Part shown: positions 12,337 through 24,369 of the stretch, piece by piece | How the letters are laid out: every line of letters starts with the position of its first letter | Position numbering within the stretch: the first letter of the stretch is position 1 | Assembly: GCA_904063045.1 (NCBI GenBank) | Contig: CAJFCJ010000006.1 | Coordinates: 3,674,408 to 3,738,407, forward strand | Length of the DNA stretch: 64,000 bases | Reading direction: 5' to 3' | DNA from: Dimorphilus gyrociliatus | Taxonomy: Eukaryota > Animalia > Annelida | Position numbers and translations under genes: made by a program | The notes under the pieces: model-generated | What the model was told of the DNA's origin: nothing | Databases searched by the model: none | The model's input: only the letters and a program-made list of their open reading frames with translations

Positions 12337-14929
12337 ATGGATAATCTCTTCATGATGGCCTTACTTTTCTGTTCTTGCTTAATATCGGAGGAAAGATTCG
12401 ATTTAACTGATAAGATCTATAATTTGGGTGATATTAATTTTGGCATTGTTACTCAAGTAAAGGACTATTCAAAGGCTTTAAAATGTACAAATAAGATAAG
12501 TCGTTTTGAATATCTTCAATATGTACAATCTTCCATATTCAGTGTTGATTATATAAATGAAAGAAAAGATTTGTTACCCAATTTAAATTTGGGTTATATT
12601 ATTTATGCTGATTGCGGCCGAAAGGATACTTCTCTGGCTGTTGTTACGAAATTCATTGAAGGGGCAGATGTCGCAACAAAATCAAATGTCAATAGAAATA
12701 ATATTACTATTTCATCGAAGTATTCTGTTGCTGGTGTTGTGGGTTTGACAACTAGCACAAAGGCCATTCCTACCAGTGCTATATTAAGCTATTACGAAAT
12801 ACCTCATATTAGCACTTCGGCTTCGAGCAGCGAATTAAACGATAAATACAGATACGAATATTTTAATAGAATGGAACCTGGAGACACTAGACAAGCCTAC
12901 GTAATGGTGGATTTATTACAAACTTTCAATTGGAATTACGTGTCGGTTGTTTGGCAAGTGACCGTTGGTTATCAGATGGTAATGACTGACCTATTTGAGA
13001 GAATAAACGAAGTGGGTATTTGCGTGGCAAGTCACAACAGTATCTACAATAACAGTACAGAGAGAGATCTAGAGGAAATTGCAGAAACCCTTATCGCGAA
13101 CACGAAAGCTAAAGCTGTAATATTGTGGATGTATTCCTCCTCCGTGAAACGTTTATTTTCCGTATTAGAAAGAAAGAACGCTTTACATAAATTTATCTGG
13201 GTATGTACAGGCGTAATAGATAGCGTTTATAAATCGTTTCCAAACTCTTTGAAAACGGGTATGTTTAGAGTGGGAATGTCATTGAATTTATCGGAAGAAT
13301 TAAAAGATTTTCTATCAGAGAGAACTCCGTTTAATTCAAATGGAACTGATTTACAATGGATGAAATTATTTTGGGAAAGTACTTTTCATTGTTCGTGGGA
13401 TAGAAATAGTAAAAATTCCTGCAATAAATACAAAACATTACCGAAATCTCCCAATTATTTTATATCTGTAAATAATGCTAAATATTTTGATGCTATTTTA
13501 ACAATGGCTTACGCCGTCAACTCAACAATCAATCAATACTGTCCAACAGTGTTTCTCAAGGCGTCTAAAAGAACTTATTTGAAAGATCACAGCCGCTGTT
13601 TGTCTGGCGAAAGAATATTGAAAGCAATTAGGAATTCGGATTTTCAGGGTATGACAGGAAGGATAAGATTTGATGAAAAAGGTAATGTTATTAAGCCGTT
13701 TGTAGTAAAGCAGATAATTTCAATAAATCATACTGAAGTAATTGCAATCTGGAAAAAGGAAACTGGATTTCAAAAGATTCGCTCTCCTTTTAGGCCAATT
13801 CCAGAGTCAATATGCAGTGAAGTATGTCCTGCAGGCTTTAAACCTGTTCCTTCCTACAAAGTTTGCTGCTGGTACTGCTTGGAGTGCTTGCCTAATCAAA
13901 TTACAATTAACAATGGAACTGATTGTCGAACTTGTCCAGATTCAACTTGGCCAGACTCTTTGAATAAAACTGTTTGCTTAGATTTAGTGAATAATTTTCT
14001 TCATTTTACAAACCCTATCGTCTTATGTTTGGCTATCGTTTCAGGAGCATTGATCGTCATAAGTTTAAGTCTTATTTATATGCTGTTTATTCGATTCTCT
14101 CATACTCAGGTGGTGAAAAACTCCTCAAAAGAGCTGTGCTTTCTTATCGTGAGTGGAATACTAGTGTGTCTAGCAACAATCTTTATATTAATAAGAAAGT
14201 CGACAAATATAGTTTGTATTATCGGAGTTTTCGGATTTCATTTGGGTGTAAATTTAACTTTTGTACCATTATTGATGAAAAGTCAAAGAATGTTCACTCT
14301 ATTTAGAGCAGCAGCAAAATGTCAGACAAAAGTTCCAGTTGCCAGAACTAAGTGGCAATTAACTGCAGTCTTAGTTCTTTTCCTATTCCAGGTTATTTAA
14401 AAATAAATGCATTAATGTTAACTAAGACATATACTGAATTTATAATTTCTAGGTAATTATAACTGGAGGGATGATATCCTTTTCGAGACCTGTAGCAAGA
14501 ACATCAATGCCTCTTTTGTGGGAACCTTATTCAGAGTTATATTGCGACATTCCAGTATTAACTATATGTATTCCCACCTCCTATAATCTATTAATACTAA
14601 TAGGAACATGTGTTTTTGGAATTGTTACCCGTAAACTCCCTGAAAATTTCAAAGAATCGAGAAATATTTGCATTTGCGCCTTAACAAGCATCATTTTATG
14701 GAGTGCCTTTTTGCCAACATATTTTCTAACTCACTTTAATTTATATAAAGGAACCTTACTATCATTTGGATTACTACTTCATTCCATTGTCCACTTGACA
14801 ACAATATTTATACCTAAGGTATACGCGGTAGCCGTTGTAAAAGATAACGAAGATTTTACAGTTACTTTCAGATACTCTCAAAAATCAAATCCTGTAAATG
14901 ATTCAACGATGCTACCGCTCTCCGGATAA
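12337..14929 (+). CDS. Class C GPCR (metabotropic glutamate/CaSR/taste-receptor-like), 2 coding exons (intron ~14393-14452)
   Basis: Signal peptide, Venus-flytrap domain (DLLPNLNLGY...DCG, YEIPHISTSASSSELNDKYRYEYFNR, FNWNYVS), 9-Cys domain (PESICSEVC...CCWYCLEC...CRTC...TVC), and 7TM with SSKELC, TRKLPENFKES and IFIPKVY. Confidence 0.93.
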
Positions 14930-15308
14930 TAATTTATACTATGAGCATATTCTAATACTGTGGAATATATGCCTATATATAGAAGGAACAAAAATCCATA
15001 TTTTATCTTATCTGAACTATGAAATAATCTTTATCTTAAAAGGACAAACAAACCCTTTTTGTTTACAGCTAAACAGTTGAAGTTGGTGTAGACATCTGTT
15101 GAATATGTAAATACTTTGTCTACATTCTGGTTTCCCTACTCCCTATTCACCGTGTACAAAAATATTGCTCCTTTCACACTGCTACTACTTGGACCAGTGA
15201 GCTCTCTCAATCTATAAAGAATGAATTAATTGTGTTATACAATTGTAATTATAATACGTTGGCTTGTTTTTTTTGGCAATGTTTATTAATATCAATTAAA
15301 CATATTTT

Positions 15309-16679
15309 TTATATGGTTAGAGAAGCTTGTAAATGTGGTATTCCAGTTTTTGCGTCGCTGACTCTTATTTCGAATAATCTTTTGTCAGAGGTATACTGTT
15401 TTGTATACTCGAACTTACAGGTGCCTGGTAAAAATGCTGGCCTCTTAAATGTTGCAACAATTTCGTGTTGTTTATTCAAGTTTGTCTGTTTGTCTAAGAA
15501 CAAAAGGAATAAAATTCAAAAAATTTTTATTATTCACCTGATTTTCACTCTTATCTAGAGTAATATCGCTTTGTGTTATGTAATGAATAGTTAAATACTA
15601 CCTTCTTCGCATACAATCGCAATAGCTTTACTTAGAGTCCACATTCCATGAGCTATCGGCTTTTTATACCCCAAGAGCTTTGACGTAAATGGCCACAAGT
15701 GATGGGGATTAAAGTCCCCACTCACTTTGGCGTAGGATAATCCAAGATTTTTCGAGAGGTTTACAGTTACTGTTTCATCTGATAATTCTTGATTCAATCT
15801 GTTATTGACTTCTGCCGTTCGTCTATAATTCTTTTGAATAACTCTCTTATTCCTAGATAAAAGGGTTAACTCTCCCGTCCATATCAAAGAGTTATTCGCA
15901 ACAACCTTCATATGAATAGTAACTTCAACACCCTTTTCAACTGGCTGAAGTTCTTTAACAATTACTTCGCAATTGAACGATCTCCTTTTCAAATAATCCA
16001 AATCAATTAGCTGTTTAATTTTCTGTTTTATATGAATTAAACCTTAAAAGGATCGAAAGAGAACTTTTTAAGCAATAAGAAAGAATAGAAATAATTTATT
16101 TAAAAACCTAAAGGACTTAATGGAAAGTCATTCCTAGTAATGGCTAAAATGATCGGCAAGTTGAAGTAGTGTTCCATGAAGCATGATGGTATTCCTTTAT
16201 TCATTACACATTCATAGCCGCATACAACTCGATACTTTTCGACTTGTTCTACATCTATTCTAAAATATAAATAGAGTGTTTTTAATTTATTTATAATTTC
16301 TTTAATAATAACAATGTTATACTATTATAATTTAAAGTTGTACAACCTGCAATTGGTAACTGTCACCTTGATCTCATTATCGAACTTTCTGTGTAAAACT
16401 ATATGCTTTATATTGATTTAACTAATGGTTTAAGTACTATATTTTATTTAAATTTATACAAATAAAAATTTACCTTGTTAAAAGACCTTGAGATTTAGAA
16501 AAGCTAGTTATTAATGCTCTTAGGTAGGCGAACACTAAATAGGATCTATCTTTATATTCAAATTTAGTTGAAGTTAAACTCGGCGATACTAATGAATAGA
16601 CTATTGCAATAGTCGAGATGAAGATTACAAAAATTGCAAAATAAATAAACAAGTAGTAAATTAAGCTGACCATTGCCAT
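15309..16679 (-). CDS. MaoC/HtdX-like double hot-dog (3-hydroxyacyl-thioester/enoyl-CoA) dehydratase with N-terminal TM anchor, 5 exons
   Basis: Spliced model: MAMVSLIYYLFIYFAIFVIFISTIAIVY...GLLTR|KFDNEIKVTVTNCR|IDVEQVEKYRVVCG...NDFPLSPLG|LIHIKQKI...YAKVSGDFNPHHLWPFTSKLLGYKKPIAHGMWTLSKA...E|DKQ...FKRPAFLPG...KTGIPHLQASLTI*. The hydratase-2 motif SGDxNPxH...IAHGM is intact and all splice phases are consistent. Confidence 0.85.
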
Positions 16680-17071
16680 TGGTAGGTATAACTGTTCAAT
16701 ATTCAAAGTTCGGATACACAATTGGCCTAATAAAGCAAATCAAATATAGTCTAACGGTAGTGCCATCTATATTTACAGATCTTGTTCAATTACTACATCT
16801 ATCTTTAAAACTTAAAAAATCCCTGAAAATTGATTACATTAATCATGTATTGTTTTAAAAGAAAGTTCTTTAATGTTTAATTAAGCTAACTAACGTACAT
16901 ATGAAAGAAACCGGAAGGAATGATAAAAAGTAAATATTTATCGTTTCGGGTAGAACCAAGCTTTATTGCGTAAATAATCTACTTTTCAGTCTTGATTGGT
17001 AAAATGCTTTTAATTTGAAAGATATTGCTCGAAGCTAATTCTTTTCCCATAAATCAATTTTCATTAAGAAT

Positions 17072-17081
17072 TGCGCATGCG
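17072..17081. promoter_or_regulatory. NRF1-type motif TGCGCATGCG upstream of the dehydratase gene (ETS-like CCGGAAG near 16911)
   Basis: Direct sequence match to the NRF1 palindromic core in an otherwise AT-rich region. Confidence 0.35.
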
Positions 17082-18398
17082 TACAAAAATTTGAATATTC
17101 TTTTCAATGGAGAATTCATCCAATTTATAAAATCCATTATATATAACAAAATTCAATGAAATATAATATTTATAATAAGATATTGAGTAAATGTTAAAAA
17201 ATAAGATCCTTTTTCTATCTAAAAGCCTCATTAAAAGTTGTCTTTTAAGTTCTCCACATATGTTTGAGTAAAAAGAAAAGAAAAAAAAAACATGGAGGCA
17301 AACGAAAGTATCATTAAACAAATAGAATTTTTGTTCTTGAGAATTCTATTAATAGATTATTTGGTGTTCTATTGTACTTTATAAAAGAAAACACAACACA
17401 CACATACATAAACAAGAAATGGACGGTTTAAACAATAATTTAAATTAAAAACAATGAACTAATTTCATTATTAGAATATTAGAAGACTAATGAAGTGAAA
17501 TCTGCTAACAATAGCGTCTAATTAATAATATTCGAAATGATGAATAAATACAATAACAATAATAAATAAATAAATAATATATTTTAAATATATCTCTAGT
17601 TCTTTCTCTTTATGAACAATAGCCTGTCATTAAGCCTATTTGTTATTTACAATGATCAACAGTGTTTTAATATATAGGTTTATCTGGACATAAAGTATAT
17701 ATATTTAACTATAGAAGAACAAAATATCGTCTAGTAACCCTCTTAACCTTCACTATCCCTGAGATACTTTTAACTTGTTCGCAAGTTGTTCTATCTCATG
17801 CAATTCCCATCTGAAGGACATTCTTTTCTTTTTATCGTTTTCCCTAACGCCCTGTCTATATTAGGAATAAATTGAATTGCAATAAATGCATTTTTTTCCA
17901 TTTCTAGAAAATTTTAATCTTCCGACATTCTTTTCCATCAAAAATCCTATAGATCATATTTTATTCGATATTATTAATAAATCTACTGTGTTACTTGCCC
18001 AATAAAATCTGCATAAAAGAAACCAGAAAGATTTATAGAGAGTGAAAGAGAGAGAGAGAAAGTAGAGTACTGTCTAATACAGTCTAATGAGTGTATTGTT
18101 AAAATATACATATCTATATTTAGCATGTATAGATACAACTACACATATTGCATAAGTTCTTTACAAAAAGTATATAGAGTTGCATATATATTTTATTGAT
18201 TCTTTTATTAAAAAAACAAAAATTCATAGATGTTAATGTCTCTATCAATCATTTATGAATCATCAAAAGAAGACAAAGTTTGGGTTTCCCTTTGAGATCG
18301 ATTCTTAGTGCTAAAAGCTACCCTTCTAGGTTGTCTTCCACTTCACTTTAAATTATCATCGTTATCTACTTCTTCTTCTTTTTTTTTTTTACAAGATA

Positions 18399-18811
18399 TT
18401 AGACATTTGAATGGAATACATTTAACAATTCCCAATCGTCCATCAAAATATTTCTACCTTTTGTTTTGGAAATAGAATTATTAGACGCCTAATATAATAA
18501 TAGAAAATTATAATAAAAGACTTGTAAAAATTGTTACTTTGTAATTTTTTCGTGACTTTAATTAATGCTTTTATTTCTTTTAATCGACTCAGAATAACAT
18601 TTGTAGTTTTTCGACAACTACCACCCCTATAGATGGCGTATAATCGATTAAGAATTTTAACTTCTTCGTAAAGGTCTTTAAGTGAATTTTTAGTTGGTAA
18701 AGGTATTTTACCAACTAAATTAATTTGTTCTAAATAATCAATAGACGTATGGAAATTATTAGAATTTTCTCGAATAATAGTAAAACAGCTACTATTTCCG
18801 TCATTATTCAT
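18399..18811 (-). CDS. Candidate orphan gene (~120 aa), head-to-head with STXBP4
   Basis: ATG-initiated 122-codon ORF in AT-rich DNA. A possible ~70-nt intron would give ...LKEIKALIK|ASNNSISKTKGRNILMDDWELLNVFHSNV*. No recognisable domain, and the donor is weak. Confidence 0.3.
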
Positions 18812-19039
18812 TATTTTTTATTTATTTACTATCGAATAAAATATATATAATTTCAAAAAAAAAGTTAGATTGATGATTTCATCAACAATTAATACAGTTT
18901 TTATTTTTGTTTTGCTGTTTTTTGCCGCAAAATGTGGACGTCGTCTGCAAAAAATTCAACAAACTTTCGACTATCCAACAGATGTTTAAAAAAAAAAAAA
19001 ATTAAAAAAAATAAACTCCGATTTAGTTCAGCGCCCCAA

Positions 19040-19510
19040 ATGGAATCGCCGGCTTATACGGAATTTCCCGGCAGACATACGAGTTCTGTAACTTTTAACG
19101 GTTGTGAAGGAGGGATCGGAATCAAGGTCTGTTTACCTTAGTAAAAAATATATAACAAAGCAGATAAAAAAACTGCAAAAAAAGGTGATTGGTGGAATTA
19201 CAGAAAAAGGCAAACACCACGGTATTTTCCTAAGGAAAATCTTTCCAAACGGCCTAGCTAGTTCACAAGGTAAGCTCTCTGTACTAATTTTGATCTCATT
19301 TAAAACGTTATATATATATATATATATATGTATTTGTAAAACATCTATCGGTCTCAGGTGTAAATTGTACTTGATGTAAAAAAAAAAGAGTCGTGTAAAA
19401 AATGTAGACCCTTTTTTCATTAACATCAGGTGAATTACAAGAGGGTGACGAAATCTTAGCGGTAAACAACAAGTCATTAGAGAACGTTGACAATGCAAAG
19501 TAAGTATATA

Positions 19511-19541
<31 letters not shown>

Positions 19542-22500
19542 CTTTATATATTTATGCTGTACACTGTACATGCTAAATATACTGTATACCATGTAAAAGA
19601 CTGCAATATAAAAAAATATACTGTAAAAGTAAAGGAATTATCTGGAATTGTATACGCTTACATGTATGCGGTAGTGCGAATGTGCCTTATGTATATCACT
19701 TATACTATAGACAGCACTTGATGACTGTTTTTCTTTTTGAATAGAGCTGTGTCAGTTCTAAGATCTGCAACGTTCGAAGGCTACGTTAAATTAGTGATCG
19801 CTCGAGACAATATATCAAGGTATGAATAAATTTTCTGAATATTTTGTTATCAACTTGTTTAAATAAATGACAATAAAAAGGTGGTCAATCTATTTTTGAA
19901 TGAATTTAACTAGGATTGGATATCTGCATTTGGTGGAAAATTATAATTTTTCCAGTGAAGAATCAGACGACGACAGCGACACCGGGTTTTCTTTAGAATC
20001 GACAATTCCTGCCGGCTATTCTCATTACGATAAAGGTGAGTATCGGGAAAAATCGATTTGTACATATTCGCTCGCGCCATCTATTGCATACTGCAAAAAA
20101 GACGACCTCGACTCCCATCAAAGTAAATATTAGTAATTATCCTAGCGTCTGTGTAGAGTTTTGTGCAAATAGTCTTAACTCTTCGGCTACCAAATCGGAT
20201 ATGCATTAATTATTTATAACGAAATCGATTTTGTTTAATCAGGGACTATATCCGTAATATACTCTTATATTATTCTGCAATAGTCGGAACATATAATTAA
20301 TTACGCAGTAACAGGACAGCCGTATAAATGCGAATAGATAAGACGAAGGAAGACGTATGATTGATTCGCAAAATGAATTGATTAGTTATTGGAAATCGAT
20401 TGATCTGACGCGGCTGCTATGATGCTGTCGACTGGAACACTTCACTGCATTCTCTCTGCATTTCTACGCGCTCTCTAGTCCACTTAACTGGCTACGTTTT
20501 TCGGGATTACATATTCTCTTCTTTTTCTCGGATTATCTTCGTTCTTATTTCAGCCGATCTTCCTGTTTTATATTTATTCGATAACTATATGCATAAACGG
20601 TAAGGGTAAATTCTCTGTATAGATCCCTCGAGAGTGACAATGATGAATTCTGTTGATATTCCGAAGCGTCCTAGGCCGTTTAGACGCTCTTTTTTGCCAT
20701 GAAATTGCGTTACTCTAACGCTTTTTATTGATTTCATTCCAAGCACAAGGGAAATCTCTGCTATATGCAGTCTTTTTAGTAGTGAAGCACTATAGGAATG
20801 TTTCTTGAAAGTGAGAAGGAACTAAAGATGATAGAAGAATCCATAAAGATTGGCATTTAATCTATATATTATTACTATGAACGTGAATAAACTGCAATAT
20901 TTTTTGCAGAATTCATATTTATAAAATATGTATATGGTACATAATAACAGGAATAAACGTCTATATAACGATTTCTGGGTAGTGTGTGTTATGCTCTCTA
21001 GATCGGTTCGTAATTGCTGCTTCTTTATAATATACTATAATAAAGAACCCTACACTCTCTATAGTCTCTATATTCAGTAGACAAGTAGTCGACGATGGCC
21101 AAAAAAATACGCATCTTATACGACAAACAAATCTATACGTCAATCAAGCGATACTTTTTATACGACCTTTAACATTCGCCTTATTTGTATTCTTATATAC
21201 TCTAATACAAATTGCCTCTGTATATTCGTTTTGTCTTTGATCAGCCAATTTTACATTGATTTGCTCAGATCTGTTAATAATACGCGTAATCCACCAGATC
21301 GAAACGCCGATGGTGACGTAAGCGTCTCTACGAGAACGCCAATGACGTCGTCGGGCCACGGAAGTATGCTAGCGGCCACCTCGTCGTCGTCCTCAGATCG
21401 AAAATATTCAATCGATCCGCAAGCTAAAGTGCCTATCGACAAATTGAAATCGGTGAGTGGTCGACCTATATTTTTTGTCCAGATTAAATATTTTTTCTAT
21501 TCAACACAAACCAGGCTTTAAAAGATTTAGGTATATCGCTCAAGGATGAACAATGGCAGGAATTAAAAAGCAGTTTGAAATTGAATAAGGAAGGCATGGT
21601 CACGTACGGGGATTTTGTGCAAAAAACTCGCGAAATACTGCAGAAAAAGAAAACTTCAAATGATAAAAATCATCATCATCTCGTAACAAATGACGAGAAG
21701 AACTTTTTGGGACGGTTGGATTCTTTGCAGGCGGCTCTGGATACGGAAAGAAAGTATAGCCGACAGATGGAGCGTCAAAATTCTGCTTTAAAAACCAAAA
21801 TCAAATTGGCCGGAGACGCTCAGCGGGCGGCAAGGGAGACGGAAGAGGATTATGAACGGGTCGTTCGGATGATGGAAAAAGAGATTGCCAAGTTAAAGAA
21901 CGCCAGGAGGCTTTCAGCCTTCACCCCCGAAAATGTAATAGGCTTAAAATAAAGAATACGAAACTTATTTCTCTTAAACTTTTCAATTTACAGTAGAGTA
22001 GGAAAGTTTTATATAGTTTAAGTTATTTACAGTATATGCTTCTTTCATTTAAACTTTCTGCATGTTTAGCCCATAAATTCTTATATTCATATAATTATCA
22101 ATTTATATTGATATAGCCAGATGGAGAATATACTGTATCTACTGTCTATTTGTCTTTTATAGTTATATATTGTTTAACTACTGCACTAAATCGCATTAAT
22201 TCTATTGCAAAAAAACTCCCACAGGTTGACGAAGGGACAAAGAAACGACTTTCTGTTCTAACCTGCCAACTTCGAAAGGCAGAAGAAACATTGAAGACTT
22301 ACGAAGTCGCAACTGATAAACTACTGACTTTTGCCGAGGTAATTTAGCTTAAACATCCCTTTTTTGGTGGAAATAATTCTCAAACTCTATCCATTTCCTG
22401 CATGAGGAAACTAGAGAGAAAAATTACTCTTCCGAAGCGCCTTATTCGATTATTTTAGTCGTATCTAGGTCAATTTCATTTCTTTTAATAGATTCTAACT

Positions 22501-23498
22501 GTTTGTCTACCGGTATTAATAGGGTACAAAATTAGTTTTGTATCCTAGATGTTTGGGTTTTTGGAAGAGAAAGGGAAAAGGGAATGTCTTTAGGCAGGAA
22601 ACATTTTACAATAATATATAATAGCAGAAAATATATTGTCCATTGCCTTGCTCTTTCATCCATTACTCTAACTTTACCATTCACTTGGGAAACGCCAGAA
22701 GATGCAGCTAGTCTATAGCAGAAGAAATTTATCGTTATAAAGTCTCTTGTCATTAAATAAACAATCGGCTTAAAACATTCTACAGTTCTTACTTTAAATT
22801 CTCTTTCCGGAACAATGAATTTTCCGCCTCACTGCGGAAGGAGAACTAAAAGAGCTATACATAATCGAATATTCTTTATTTCTTTGATTCTTAGTTACTA
22901 ACTAACAATTAACTTTAAATTGATTTGTCTTTTTTTTTAACTTTTAACAGACTGTTGCCCATTCCGTACCTGCCTACTCTGAAGATGGAACGAATTCCAG
23001 GGCGTTAGCCCGAAGAATAGGTTCTTCTTATTCTTCCCAAAATTCCCAACTCGCTCATCAGGCTCGGCAAGTTGTTAGGGCCGTTAAAGTTTTACTAGAA
23101 AACGAACGTATGTTGATAAAATATTCAGGGCTAGAACACGATCCCTGCCCTTAGTGATTTTCTTTCCGATCTAGTTAATTTATATTTTCTGTTGCAGCTT
23201 TACCAGTCGGCTGGGAGGAAGCCTACACTGAAGAAGGCGACAAATACTACATTAAGTAAGCAATACTAATATTTAATGCAATAATGTGATAATTACACAG
23301 TCCATCTTGTATATCAACAGCCACATTACTCAAGCGACATCTTGGACTCATCCAGTCAGTAGAATAAATCACTCAAGACAAGTAGTTGCTAGGCCTAAGC
23401 CATTTGAACGCAGGGCAAGATCCTTAGATAGAGGTGATTCAAGACCTCATCGTTACTCATCATACGGCAATGATATTGATTGGTTAAGCGAATTTTAA
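19040..23498 (+). CDS. STXBP4: Syntaxin-binding protein 4 (Synip): PDZ, EF-hand-like, coiled-coil and WW domains
   Basis: PDZ across 4 small exons (GCEGGIGIK|VIGG...GIFLRKIFPNG...ELQEGDEILAVN...AVSVLRSA), EF-like ALKDLGISLKDEQWQELK...GMVTYGDFVQKTREIL, coiled-coil, YEVATDKLLTFAE, and WW LPVGWEEAYTEEGDKYYIN|HITQATSWTHP. The domain order matches STXBP4. Confidence 0.88.
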
Positions 23499-23601
23499 GA
23501 ACATTTTGTGACAAAAATATACGTATATACAGTGTTTACTTGTTCTGTTATGTTCTATCTACAGCATATTCAGAATTGACAATTTACTGTATATAGTGTT
23601 G

Positions 23602-23632
<31 letters not shown>

Positions 23633-24163
23633 TTACATGCATATAAAACAATACCTGTATATGCATGTTTAATATACATATGTATATAGAGAGACAAGTT
23701 CCACCTGTTACTCGCTCAACAATTTGAAAAAAAAAAAGATTTATGCAAATAAGCGTCCTTTTCTTTTCTTCCTCTTTATCTTTTTTTTTTCTTATCACCC
23801 TGTTAGCGTTCATTAAACTTAATGAAAAATTTAAAAATACTGACAATGAACGATTCTAATATACATAATATAAAGGAAATGTTCCTTGCATTAATATATA
23901 ATATACATTCTATAGCATATATGATGGAGAAACACTCGTCATTGTATGTGCACATGTAATTTGTGACGTCGAGAAAGTGCATCGATTTCTATATAAAAAC
24001 GCAAGCGACGTCTCTATGCCTCAGTTTTTCAGGTACTACACTATGTATACAACTTATACAGAATTATGTGCGATTAATATGATTGAATATAGGCTGATAT
24101 ATAGTTATCTTTTCAAGGAAGGATTTTTGTTGACTTTCTGGAGATTAATATAAAAGTCAGAAG

Positions 24164-24165
24164 CT

Positions 24166-24198
<33 letters not shown>
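24164..24198. repeat. (CT)n microsatellite upstream of the SLC6 gene
   Basis: Direct reading. Confidence 0.9.
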
Positions 24199-24202
<4 letters not shown>

Positions 24203-24369
24203 TTCCATGTCTCATTCGGCCTAATATTATATTTGACAATCTTCGTTTTCAGTATGCTTGAATAAAAGTTACTTTTAACATATTCTACTTTTTCATTTCC
24301 TTTCTCGCTTTTCTTCAAACGCCGATTACTGATCGATTTTCACTACAAGGAGGTTAATTAGAATTACGT

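Noticed and set aside
7640-14485. ATATCCTT matches suggesting U12-type intron donors
   Set aside because: The matches at ~7642 and ~14474 lie inside open exons, and the one at ~9602 is antisense to SMPDL3. No minor-class intron is supported.
20036-21297. Apparent frame break between the PDZ exons and the EF/coiled-coil/WW exons of STXBP4 (split gene?)
   Set aside because: The phase-1 donor at 20036 is compatible with the phase-1 acceptor ccaccAG at 21297, so a single gene is explained. An internal promoter remains possible but is unsupported.
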